NCBI GenBank assembly: GCA_052327205.1
Contig: CM126202.1
Location: 80,104,001-80,168,000, forward strand
Source of the DNA: Somniosus microcephalus
Lineage: Eukaryota
DNA length: 64,000 bases
Direction of reading: 5' to 3'
Positions 13,442 through 25,069 of the stretch are shown here, piece by piece. The notes under the pieces were generated by a model that was given only the letters and a program-made list of their open reading frames with translations, was not told the origin of the DNA and made no database searches. Numbering within the stretch: the first letter of the stretch is position 1; each line of letters starts with the position of its first letter. A program made the position numbers and the translations under genes.

Positions 13442-15029
13442 CAAGTGTCCAATATACTCTTTATCACTCGTCTCTATACCTTTACAGAGCAATGACACCC
13501 TTCCTTTCAATAAGTGGTCAAAACAACACACATCTGCAGTATTTTCCTACACAGTTTATAGAGATGTGAAACTACATATCTGTTCAAGTAAAATGCAGGA
13601 ATTGTATCTTGCACCTCTTGGCCGGGGGGGAGCGGGGTCAGTTCTGGTATACCCCAGAAGAAACATTGAGCACAGCGAAAATCACTGCAGTTAAACATTT
13701 CAAATAGATTGTGCCTCAAGCAGATGGACTTGCCAATTCCTCGGCGTAGAGGGTTCAATTATCTTTTGGTCTCTCAGGAAAGTATTCACCGGATGGATCC
13801 TCATTGTCTAACTGCCCCCGGCAGCATCAGTGAGCGGGAACAAACACTCGAGGAGATCAGAGTAACAGCAACGCAACTCAGAGCGAGATCTTGGTCTACC
13901 ACCCAGTTGTTCATGCAGCAACCACGGTCCTTGAACAATGAATGAACCTCTGCCAATGTTTATATCACCCCAAAACTTCATTATCTATTAATCAGCCCTT
14001 TACAAATCCCGACCCTGAGGCAAACAAAGCTCTATTCATAAGCTCTGACCGGCTACGCTGGGTCAAAGGGAAGGACGTTGTCCCTACGTGTGCCCCAATA
14101 TTTCAAGCAGGTGATTAACGACAAAGTGAAGCTTCACCTCGAGCCCTCTAGTGATTGAATCTGAATGATAGAAACCGCGGACACGATAAGTGTTGTGCTG
14201 TGCTGTGACAAGCCTTCTCGCGTGCCGCAGGGATCCTGTTCAAAGTCAAAGGCACTTTGTATGTTTTTTGTAAAATAAACTTTCAGTCGGGCTTACAGTC
14301 CGTGTCGTCAGAGAGTGCAAGTGAGACTGTTTTATGGAACCAAAGGGTTTCTAATCATGCTGATATATTTATAATGGTGAAATGTAGAAGAGAGAACTTC
14401 TGTAGTCACTCAGATAGTCAGGGGTAAATAGCTTGCATTAATCAGCATATAACTCCCATCAAGTCCCTTCCAAAGTCCCTCCTCCCTTTAAGCTGCGAGA
14501 TGAGGAGTGAAGCCCCCCCCCCTCCCTCCTTTGTAGAACAATCCACGACAGATGTCCTTGTGCTAAGACTCAGCAACAGATCTCCCACCAAGGCACAACA
14601 TCTGCTCCAAGTCCATTTACTCCAGGAAACAGAGGGGAGAAAATTGCTCTTTAATTCATGCAAAAAACCTACAGACGTTGCCTTCGGTTTATCCCTGTCG
14701 ACCAATGTTATATGACCCACTGGGTTAAACGTGAAGCTAATCTGCTAACCATCAAGTGCAAGTAAATACAGAAAAAGCAACAGTGGATTTTTTTTAATCA
14801 CTCCAGCTCCTCCAGGTCAAGCCTCGCGGGGTAGGAACAAACTGAGATTCTGCAGATCAGATGGAACTGGTGAATATGAATATTCTGTGAATATAGGACC
14901 AGCACCACTGCAGGTGACAATAACAAAGCTGCACTATCAAAAGTACAAAGTCCAGAAGCAAGCCAACTGCTGTCCTGATGTAACATGTTCTAATTCCTGC
15001 ACTATATCTCAGGTCTGTATTGGAAAGAT

Positions 15030-15395
15030 CTTCCATTTATATAGCACTACCCACCTCCTCAGGACATTCCCAAGTTCTTCACAGCCACTGAATTGCTGCT
15101 TTTTTAACGAGCATTTTGTAGGCAAACATAGCAGCCAATTGCACACAGCAAGGGCTCACAAACAACAATGAGATAAATGATCAGTTAATCTATTATTCTT
15201 TCAAATAGTGTCATGGGATATTTTACATCCACCTGAGAGGCAGATGGGGCCTCAGTTTAACATCTCATCCAAAGGACGGCACCTCCAACACTGTAGCACT
15301 CCCTCAGTACTGCACTGGAGCATCAGCCTAAATTATGTGCTCAAATCCTGGAGTGGGACTTGAACCCACAACCTTTTGAATCAAAGGTGAGCATG
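15030..15395 (-). mobile_element. Deu-domain tRNA-derived SINE
   Basis: Reverse complement of the Deu core (GGCACCTCC...GCACTCCCTCAGTACTGCACTGGAG), a B-box-like GGGTTCAAGTCCC on minus, and an L2-like tail at ~15030. Confidence 0.8.
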
Positions 15396-15894
15396 CTGAT
15401 ACTATTGTTACAGGGCTAAGACTGTTCCACACTGAATGCAAAATGTGCAAGAGCAAACTGATACACTCACTTGCAAGTATATCACTAGAAAATTTTCACT
15501 TCCTTTGACATTCGAGCTATTCATTAGGATTCTGGTCTCTACATTTTTGTTATTCCCAATGCAGAGCAAACAAACATCTACAAGGGATGCTGAATTTCTT
15601 TGTAGTCAGCTGCAGATTATTCCTTGATAAATCTACAGTACTGGCATCACAAGACATTATTAACCTTTTGTGAATGTCACTACACATCAAGGATATGGCG
15701 TGCACACTGACAGCTGCTGCAAGCACACGGGGAAAGCAGGGCTAATATTAAACATTAAACATGTACATATGCAGGGTATCCAAAAAAGAATGAAAAACCA
15801 AGGAGTCAGTTTCAAGGAATAATCTGAGATTTTCAGACATCATTAACCACTAAAGTAAAACCTTCTCAGTCACGGGCAATCGTTCACTCTTTTC

Positions 15895-16200
15895 CTGCCT
15901 TTCTTCCCTCTCCTGAAAATGGTGACTCCTGCTGAGCTATCGTTTCACCCACACCAGCAGTTCTCCAATGCAGCCATTCTTTATGCGAGCGCTAGCAGCC
16001 TATTCGACTGTGGGAGCATCACAGCCCCAGCCCCCGATCCTGTCCTCATGCATGTGTGCAGTTTCCAGGAGGGATTCGCTGGTAAGCGAACTGGGAGTGG
16101 AAAAGCTGGTGAGTGTTTCCCATTCCTAGCCGAGTTAAATTATAGTGGCTCCTATCATTGCCCTGATAGATTATCGTATATTTCATACTCCCTTGGAACA
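15895..16200 (-). mobile_element. LF-SINE-like element
   Basis: Minus strand reads TGAGGACAGGATCGGG..GCTGTGATGC..ACAGTCGAATAGG..GAGTCACCATTTTCAGGAGAGGG, resembling the LF-SINE body and 3' end as recalled. Confidence 0.65.
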
Positions 16201-16239
16201 AATGAAAGCACACAGAATTGGAGGTAGCCTTTTGACTTA

Positions 16240-17225
16240 GGTTGGAAATTGGTTGGGAGGTAGGAGACAGTGCGGATAAAGGGTAGGTACTCTGACTGGC
16301 AGGATTTGGCAAGTGGTGATCCCCAGGGATCTGTTCTGGGGCCTCAACTTTTCACCATATTTATTAATGACTTGCATGAAGGAATAGAGAGTCGTATATC
16401 CAAGCTTGCAGATGGCACTAAGTTAGGAGGCATAGTAAGTAGTGTAGATGGGAGCAGGAAGTTGCAAAGGGACATAGACAGATTAAGTGAGTGGGCAAAA
16501 CTATGACAGATGGCGTTTAATGATGGCAAGTGTGAGGTCATCCACTTTGGACCTAAGAAAGATAAATCGGAATATTTTCTAAATGGTGAAAAATTAGGAC
16601 CTGCAGAGGAGCAAAGAGATTTGGGATTCCAAGTACACAAATCATTTAAAGATAGCAGACAGGTACAAAAGGCAATCAAACAGGCTAATGGAATGTTGGC
16701 CTTTATCTCTAGGGGGCTGGATTACAAAGGGGTAGAAGTTATGCTTCAGTTGTGCAGAGCCTGGATCAGACCTCATCTAGAGTTCTGTGTTCAGTTTTGG
16801 GCACCGTGCCTCAGGAAGGATATATTGGCCTTGGACGGGGTGCAGCGCAGATTCACCAGAATGATACCGGGGCTTAAAGGCTTGTATTCCCTTGAGTATA
16901 TTGAGGTGTTTAAAATGTTAAAAGGAATCAATAGGGTAGATAGAGAGACATTATTTCCTCTGATGAGGGAATCAAGAAAAATTAGAGCAAGACCATTGAG
17001 GAGGGAAATCTAAAAGCACTTTTTCACACAAAAAATAGCAGAAATCCAGAATTCTCTGCCCAAAAAACCTTTGGATGCTAGGGAAATTGGAGCTTATAAG
17101 ACTGAGCTCACTAATATTTGTTGGGTAAGGGTTGTCAAGGGATATGGAGTTGAGGTACATATCAGCCATGATCTAATTGAATGAAAGAGCGGGCTCAAGG
17201 GGCTAAATGGCCTACTCCAGTCCCT
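16240..17225 (+). mobile_element. CR1 LINE 3' fragment (degenerate RT)
   Basis: PQGSVLGPQLFTIFINDL...KLADGTKLGG, KCEVIHFG and RPHLEFCVQFWAP motifs with an in-frame stop. CR1 3' UTR ATCAGCCATGATCTAATTGAATG. Confidence 0.92.
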
Positions 17226-17595
17226 GTGTTTCTTCTTTTGAAAATAGGCACTTGGAGTCCACATTTAACACATTAAAGAAAAGATTTTATATGTGGTGGT
17301 TAATGAGCTATGAGCTCATTAGATTGTACAGGAGGTTCAGAGTCCCTGAGGTTATTTAGATTACAGCCTGCTTTTACAATACCCTGGACTCAGAACGCCT
17401 GCACTGTTTGTAAATGTTACTTACTGATATTGTAAAGCTGTCTCGGGCAGCGATAACAAAGTTCATTAAAATCTTACGCTTCCTCTGATAAAGTCCAAGT
17501 GTATATGAGGAAAGTTGTTAGTAAAAAAATCCTAATCTGAATAACGGAGTTGGAATAAATCGAGACCGTCTCGTTTGGTCAAACATGAGTTTTAA

Positions 17596-20500
17596 TTCTC
17601 ACTGCTCATCAACCTGAGTCCATTAAAACTTCCAACCAGCAAGCTAGTTATTCTATTTCAACCTACGGTTTTCTCCCCACCCCCACCCAGCCCCCACCCC
17701 CACCTGAAGGTGCTGACTCTCTCCTCCCCTGAAGGTGCTGAATCCCTCCCCCCTCCCCGAAGGTGCTGACTCTCTCCCCCTCCCCTGAAGGTGCTGGCTT
17801 TCTCCCCCCTCCCCAAAGGTGCTGACTCTCTCCCCCTCCCCTGAAGGTGCTGACTCTCTCTCTCCTCCCCTGAAGGTGCTGACTCTCTCCGCCCCTGAAG
17901 GTGCTGACTCCCTCCCCCCTCCCCGAAGGTGCTGACTCTCTCCCCCTCCCCTGAAGGTGCTGACTCTCTCTCTCCTCCCCTGAAGGTGCTGACTCTCTCC
18001 CCCTCCCCTGAAGGTGCTGACTCTCTCTCTCCTCCCCTGAAGGTGCTGACTCTCTCCGCCCCTGAAGGTGCTGACTCCCTCCCCCCTCCCTGTAGGTGCT
18101 GACTCTCTCCCCCTCCCCTGAAGGTGCTGACTCTCTCCCCCTCCCCTGAAGGTGCTGACTCTCTCCCCCTCCCCTGAAGGTGCTGACTCTCTCCCCCTCC
18201 CCTGAAGGTGCTGACTCTACCCCCTCCCCTGAAGGTGCTGACTCTCTCCCCCTCCCCTGAAGGTGCTGACTCTCTCCCCCTCCCCTGAAGTTGCTGACTC
18301 TACCCCCTCCCCTGAAGGTGCTGACTCTCTCCCCCTCCCCTGAAGGTGCTGACTCTCTCACCCTCCCCTGAAGGTGCTGACTCTACCCCCTCCCCTGAAG
18401 GTGCTGACTCTCTCCCCGTCTCCTGAAGGTGCTGACTCTACCCCCCTCTCCTGAAGGTGCTGACTCTCTCCCCCTCCCCTGAAGGTGCTGACTCTCTCCC
18501 CCTCCCCTGAAGTTGCTGACTCTACCCCGTCCCCTGAAGGTGCTGACTCTCTCCCCCTCCCCTGAAGGTGCTGACTCTCCCTCCTCCCCTGAAGGTGCTG
18601 ACTCTACCCCCTCCCCTGAAGGTGCTGACTCTCTCCCCGTCTCCTGAAGGTGCTGACTCTCTCCCCCTCTCCTGAAGGTGCTGACTCTCTCCCCCTCCCC
18701 TGAAGGTGCTGACTCTCTCTCCCCTCCCCTGAAGGTGCTGACTCTCTCTCTCCTCCCCTGAAGGTGCTAACTCTACCCCCTCCCCTGAAGGTGCTGACTC
18801 TCTCCCCGTCTCCTGAAGGTGCTGACTCTCTCCCCCTCCCCTGAAGGTGCTGACTCTACCCCCCTCCCCTGAAGGTGCTGACTCGCTCCCCCTCTCCTGA
18901 AGGTGCTGACTCTCTCCCCCTCCCCTGAAGGTGCTGACTCTCTCCCTCCCAGCACCTTCAGCAGAGGGCAAAAGAGTCAGCACCTTCAGGGAAGAAGAGA
19001 GTCAGCACCTTCAGGGGAGGGGAGCGAGTCAGCACCTTCAGGGGAGGAGAGAGAGAGTCAGCACCTTCAGGGGAGGGGAGAGTGTCAGCACCTTCAGGGG
19101 AGGGGGAGAGAGTCAGCACCTTCAGGGGAGGGGAGAGTGTCAGCACCTTCAGGGGAGGGGGAGAGAGTCAGCACCTTCAGGGGAGGAGAGAGACAGTCAG
19201 CACCTTCAGGGGAGGAGAGAGACAGTCAGCACCTTCAGGGGAGGAGAGAGAGAGAGTCAGCACCTTCAGGAGAGGGGGAGAGAGTCAACACCTTCAGGGG
19301 AGGAGAGAGACAGTCAGCACCTTCAGGGGAGGAGAGAGAGTCAGCACCTTCAGGGGAGGAGAGAGACAGTCAGCACCTTCAGGGGAGGAGAGAGAGAGAG
19401 TCAGCACCTTCAGGGGAGGAGAGAGAGAGTCAGCACCTTCAGGGGAGGAGAGAGAGAGTCAGCACCTTCAGGGGAGGGGAGAGTGTCAGCACCTTCAGGG
19501 GAGGGGTAGAGAGTCAGCACCTTCAGGGGAGGGGGAGAGAGTCAGCACCTTCAGGGGAGGAGAGAGAGAGAGTCAGCACCTTCAGGGGAGGGGGAGAGAG
19601 TCAGCACCTTCAGGGGAGGAGAGAGAGAGTCAGCACCTTCAGGGGAGGAGAGAGAGAGTCAGCACCTTCAGGGGAGGGGAGAGTGTCAGCACCTTCAGGG
19701 GAGGGGGAGAGAGTCAGCACCTTCAGGGGAGGGGGAGAGAGTCAGCACCTTCAGGGGAGGAGAGAGTCAGCACCTTCAGGGGAGGAGAGAGAGAGTCAGC
19801 ACCTTCAGGGGAGGGGGAGTGTGTCAGCACCTTCAGGGGGGAGAGAGAGAGTCAGCACCTTTAGGAGAGGGGGAAAGAGTCAGCACCTTCAGGGGAGGGG
19901 GAGAAAGTCAGCACCTTCAGGGGAGGGGGAGAGAGTCAGCACCTTCAGGGGAGGAGAGAGAGAGTCAGCACCTTCAGGGGAGGGGGAGTGTGTCAGCACC
20001 TTCAGGGGAGGAGAGAGAGAGTCAGCACCTTCAGGGGAGGGGGAGAGAGTCAGCACCTTCAGGGGAGGGGAGAGAGTCAGCACCTTCAGGGGAGGAGAGA
20101 GAGTCAGCACCTTCAGGGGAGGGGAGAGAGTCAGCACCTTCAGGGGAGGGGGAGAAAGTCAGCACCTTCAGGGGAGGGGGAGAGAGTCAGCACCTTCAGG
20201 GGAGGAGAGAGAGTCAGCACCTTCAGGGGAGGGGGAGAGAGTCAGCACCTTCAGGGGAGGGGAGAGAGTCAGCACCTTCAGGGGAGGGGGAGAGAGTCAG
20301 CACCTTCAGGGGAGGAGCGACTGAGTCAGCACCTTCAGGAGAGGGGGAGAGAGTCAGCACCTTCAGGGGAGGGGAGAGAGTCAGCACCTTCAGGAGAGGG
20401 GGAGAGAGTCAGCACCTTCAGGGGAGGGGGAGAGAGTCAGCACCTTCAGGGGAGGGGGAGAGAGTCAGCACCTTCAGGGGAGGGGAGAGAGTCAGCACCT

Positions 20501-21082
20501 TCAGGGGAGGGGGAGAAAGTCAGCACCTTCAGGAGAGGGGGAGAGAGACAGCACCTTCAGGGGAGGGGGAGAGAGTCAGCACCTTCAGGGGAGGAGAGAG
20601 AGAGTCAGCACCTTCAGGGGAGGAGCGACTGAGTCAGCACCTTCAGGAGAGGGGGAGAGAGTCAACAACTTCAGGGGAGGAGAGAGAGAGACAGCACCTT
20701 CAGGGAAGGGGGAGAGAGTCAGCACCTTCAGGGGAGGAAAGAGAGAGAGTCAGCACCTTCAGGGGAGGAGAGAGAGAGAGTCAGCACCTTCAGGGGAGGA
20801 GAGAGAGAGTCAGCACCTTCAGGGGAGGGGGAGAGAGTCAGCACCTTCAGGGGAGGGGAGAGAGTCAGCACCTTCAGCGGGGGAGAGAGAGTCAGCACCT
20901 TCAGGGGAGGGGGAGAAAGTCAGCACCTTCAGGAGAGGGGGAGAGAGACAGCACCTTTAGGGAAGGAGAGAGAAAATGAGTACCTTCAGGAGAGTGGGTG
21001 GGGGGAAAACCAGAGGTTGAAATAGAATAACTAGCTTGCTGGTTGGAAGTTTTAATGGACTCAGGTTGATGAGCAGTGAGAA
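17596..21082. repeat. ~3.5-kb foldback: 69-bp perfect inverted arms enclosing two opposed 28-bp minisatellite arrays
   Basis: 17596-17664 is the exact reverse complement of 21014-21082. Unit CCCCTGAAGGTGCTGACTCTCTCCCCCT runs to ~18949, then flips to its reverse complement up to ~20990. Confidence 0.93.
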
Positions 21083-21334
21083 CACTTGGTTTCCCACTGT
21101 AAAGTAATGATATCCAAACTGTTCCAACACATTATACAGCGCAGCTCACCTACAAACAATTCTCAAGATCAAACTCCTCCTTAAAAAGCAAATTTTGAGA
21201 CAGCACAGTCTCGGATTTTTATGTATTGTCATTCAGCATATGACTTTTCCTGAACCTGGCATCATCTTTATTTACCATACCGAGCTTTACCTGAAAGCAC
21301 AATCCTTAATCACATAACCTGTTTGATTGTAAAG

Positions 21335-21436
21335 AAAGTCTTGCATTTATATAGCACCTTTCATGACTTCAGTACATCCCAAAGTGCTTTACAGTCAATG
21401 AAGTACTTTTGAAGTGTAATCACTGTTGTAATGTAA
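21335..21436 (-). mobile_element. Deu-SINE/L2-type 3' tail fragment
   Basis: CTTGCATTTATATAGCACCTTTCATGAC...CCCAAAGTGCTTTACAG...AAGTACTTTTGAAGTG is the reverse complement of the tail at 12630-12720. Confidence 0.7.
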
Positions 21437-21524
21437 GAAGAGTATATAGTCTCAATTTGTCTCCTATTATTTTCTAGGAAAATATTAACATGCTAAATTA
21501 CATGTGTTTACATGCATAAACATA

Positions 21525-21860
21525 AAGTTCAGCTGGTAAATGCAGTGTGTTGCTGAGTTTTACAGAAGAGAAGGTCTCAGGATTGGTGCTGAATGAACTG
21601 ATCTCAGCCAGGATGGAAGTAGCAATACAACAATCAGCTTGGCCCCGGCATTCCCGGCGAGGGAGAGGGAACATACCCAGGATCACTAGCAAGTGGGCTT
21701 TGCTGCCCACATGTGAGGGGAGGCCAGAGTCACTCACTGCCTAGGTGCATACTGGATGAAGAATGGCCACTTTGGTTAGCTGGCAGATGGTGAACAGCAG
21801 CCGTGGAAGTGTTCCCCAGTAGCAGTCAACATCTTTAGGACAAGGGGAGTGGGGAAAATT
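21525..21860 (+). mobile_element. LF-SINE-like element (degenerate)
   Basis: CTGATCTCAGC, CACTCACTGCCTAGG, ATGAAGAATGGCCAC and CCGTGGAAGTGTTCCCCAG...AGTCAACATCTTTAGGA occur in LF-SINE order. Confidence 0.65.
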
Positions 21861-23195
21861 GGAAAAAGAAAGAACTAGGATTTGTAGCAAGAAAATAGCT
21901 GGTAAAATTATATCCGTTCGTCACATTGATTCCCACACTCCACTAGTTGGCATTCCTGACCTGACCAACACCAATAAATCACCCCTGACCTGAGAGAAAT
22001 AGCGTCATTTGAAAAATGCCAAAACTTCAGAGATAAAGCAATTCAGAAGTAAAGCATTAAATTTTCTCTCTGAGTGCTCAATGCTGTTACATTACCCTCT
22101 TTAAGGCCTTTGGAGAAAATATTTCTAGCAAATGTAGAAAATGCTTTGTATAGATTGTTCTGCAAATAAAGTTACAGCTAACAGATTGGTTAGAATCTTA
22201 GTCACTAGTGGGAATAGAAAGGACACAGCAGATGGAGCTAAGCTCCTGACCCACAACAGCAACATGATGTGAACTAAATATTACTGAAGGATTATAGACA
22301 CCTTCCCTTCAATTCACTCAAAAATTGAATTTTTCTATATCACTAAAATGCCACTGGGAAGCTGCATTTTTTAAAACATTGTGCTTGTGACACACTGTAA
22401 TTGTAATATTTATGCAAACAACTGCCTTTCCTCTCTATAAGACAGCGAATCAGAGTTTGGTAACTTAGTTGGGAGAGGGTCTATTGGTAAGCAGGCTCTT
22501 GGGGTATAGTTGGAATGTTATTGGAAAGTATGTACCCCACTTTGTTATAGATCTTGGGCTGGACAGTACTCCAAATTCAGACTGTCAAATGTTTCTTTGT
22601 GTAATGAAATGTAAAAAAAACAATTTTCAACATTAGGGCAGCTGTGAGTGGTGTGCCTTTATCTTAAATGTTACAGTGAAGGGTTATTGTGCAATAGGAA
22701 TGTGTTACACTTTGCAGTACTGTATCACCAATCATTAGGACGTTCATTGTGGGTACAGGGAACATCACATAACAGCCCGAATAAGGTTCCATAACACAGA
22801 AAGCTGCAAAAGCAGCACCTCAGAAAAACATCACATGCCACAAGCACTGTATAAAGTGGTTACCCTTCCAATATTGACTGGAATTGAACAGCATATCATC
22901 TTCCCTCTCCCAATCTTCAACATTTCAGTAAACAGGACCACAGCTGGAGGTCTCTGCCCTGTGATCACCGTCAACCTATTAACTCCTGCCTACAGCAGTC
23001 TTTCAATTAACTGGCAGTGCAAACAATGTCACAGCGAATGTGCCTGGGGGTCGCCTCTGTTACGGCAAAATACTTTCCAAACTTTACACATTATAAAAGC
23101 TCGCACAGCACAACCAGGGAAAGTAAAAGGCAGAGGGCCTGAAAAAACATTTGGTTTTGTACTTCAGTAATAAAACAAGATAATTAAAAAAGCAG

Positions 23196-23354
23196 TAATA
23201 CGATAGCAAAATACTGCGGATGCTGGAAATCCGAAATAACAACAGAAAACGCTGGAAAAACTCAGCAGGCCAGGCAACATCCGTGGAGAGAGAAACAGAG
23301 TTAAAGTTTCAGGTCGAAACCCTTCTGCTGAGTTTTTCCAGCGTTTTCTGTTGT
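23196..23354. mobile_element. Short Penelope-like element remnant with inverted segment and 15-bp TSD
   Basis: TAATTAAAAAAGCAG is duplicated at 23181-23195 and 23355-23369. The internal AACAACAGAAAACGCTGGAAAAACTCAGCAG is present with its exact inverted copy. Confidence 0.75.
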
Positions 23355-23962
23355 TAATTAAAAAAGCAGAATGTCCAGAGCTAGTCACATTTCATCCTGC
23401 CTCCAATATACAACCAAACATGGAATTAACAAGAATATCAGCAAGCTTTCTATTGAGGTTAATTTGCGTCACACTTAGTTATACTTAAACTCTATGTACG
23501 TAGCTCACTAAGCAAAATACTAAATATAGTGAGACAATTGCATTAAATTGCAAAATATAGATTGGCAGAAAATATTTTACACTTCAAAACAGCCATTAAT
23601 TTTAGCATAAGTAACATAACAGCCTAACCCTGTTAACTGCAGTTGAAAAACAAGTGCTTGTCTTTTATAAATTAGAAGAAATTTTAAATTATTTATATCC
23701 AATTCGATTTATATTTTTAACATCATCTATCACAGATTATGTTCCATCATTCACAGTGCTAACCAGTTCCAGGCATTATTTTTTGGGCTCTGTCCATTCT
23801 GCTGTACTTCATACCAGTGAAGAGTTTGGATTCAATTACAAAAGCATAACCTTCTGCCTTGTACAAGGAGAAAAGTGTTTGCATTTCTCTCAGTGATATT
23901 GTAACATTCTTCTTAGTTCCCCAAAAGCAAGTTTTCTTTCAATCCGTTGTTCCTGCACTTAC

Positions 23963-24094
23963 CTTCATCACGTTTCCTCTTGTTATTCTCAGCACTGGAC
24001 GGTGTGATCCCCAGAATGCCACTGATGGAGTAGGAAGATCCTGCAGGGTCCGTGGCGGCAGAAGGAACTTGAGTCACTGGCACGGTGCTCGGTG
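23963..24094 (-). CDS. PAX5: PAX5 exon 5 (octapeptide, basic NKRKR motif)
   Basis: ccccacag|CACCG...GAAG|gtaagt, 132 bp, phase 1/1. Encodes [45 protein letters not shown]; YSISGILG is the PAX5-type octapeptide. Confidence 0.96.
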
Positions 24095-24399
24095 CTGTGG
24101 GGAAATAACGACAGCCAGGTTTAGATAGCATAGAGAAACAACGAGCCAAGATCTGAGACTTTCTCATGTGAAAAGCTGATCCAGCACAGTCAATGCTGGC
24201 TTCCTGACCAGGATTGAGTTTCAAGGATGAGCACCACACAAAGCCACCTGCCACTCTTAGGATGAACATAATTAATTCTTGACTAGGATTGTGGGCGTTC
24301 GATACCAGGGGAGGGAAGAACTAACCCTGAGCTGCAGCCATGGAGGCAATTTCAACTCTAATCAAAATTTCCATTGGTTCGCAGTCAAGTCCATTGAAC

Positions 24400-24550
24400 C
24401 CAGATTTTTGAATATTAAGGGAATCAAGGAATATGGGGATAGTGCAGGAAAATGGAGATGAGGTAGATGATCAGCCATGATCTTATTGAATGGCGGAGCA
24501 GGCTCAAAGGGCCAAATGGCCTTCTCCTGCCCCTATTTCTTATGTTCTAT
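24400..24550 (+). mobile_element. CR1 3' end fragment
   Basis: AAGGGAATCAAGGAATATGGGG...GATCAGCCATGATCTTATTGAATGGCGGAGCAGGCTC...TTCTTATGTTCT. Confidence 0.8.
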
Positions 24551-24884
24551 ACATCTGTCCTTCCTTACACATTAAGTAGACAATAATAAGAGTAATGTTT
24601 TTTCCAGGGTCATCGCCGGAGTTCACAGGCTGAGGTCACAGGTCCCAGCACTTACGATAGGACCGATGGCCCATAGATTTTCAGAGTCCAGTTTTCTCAC
24701 CTCAGTGAAAGAGCAGCCAGACCACTCATAGGAAAACAGGTGAAAGTCAAACAATTAGCATAACTGGCTCCACAGTCCCCGTATAATTGATTTTGGAGCT
24801 AAAGTCCGTAGCTGTTTGATTTTGGCCCCAATAGTTCAGCTTGGCCACTACAGCAGTCCCTGCGTTTCATTGTCTCAACTAGTT

Positions 24885-25032
24885 CTTAAGGCTAAAGGGA
24901 TCAAGGGATATGGGGAGAAGGCAGGGACAGGGTACTGCATTTGGATGATCAGCCATGATCTCATTGAATGGCGGAGCAGGCTCGAAGGGCCGAATGGCCT
25001 ACTCCTGCTCCTATCTTCTATCTATCTATCTA
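24885..25032 (+). mobile_element. CR1 3' end fragment
   Basis: AAGGGATCAAGGGATATGGGG...GATCAGCCATGATCTCATTGAATGGCGGAGCAGGCTCGAAGGGCCGAATGGCCTACTCCTG followed by a (ctat)n tail. Confidence 0.8.
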
Positions 25033-25069
25033 GTTAAACACCTAGCTCCCAACTTAAAAGTCCTGATTT

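Noticed and set aside
15919-16227. 102-aa plus-strand ORF
   Set aside because: Antisense reading of an LF-SINE-like element.
17663-20979. Long ORFs up to 473 aa (SQHLQGRGRESAPSGEG...)
   Set aside because: Minisatellite translations with constant frame slippage; not a plausible gene.
9470-23962. Search for PAX5 exon 6 (partial homeodomain)
   Set aside because: No matching peptide recognised on the minus strand. It probably lies beyond the window start, though I could have missed it.
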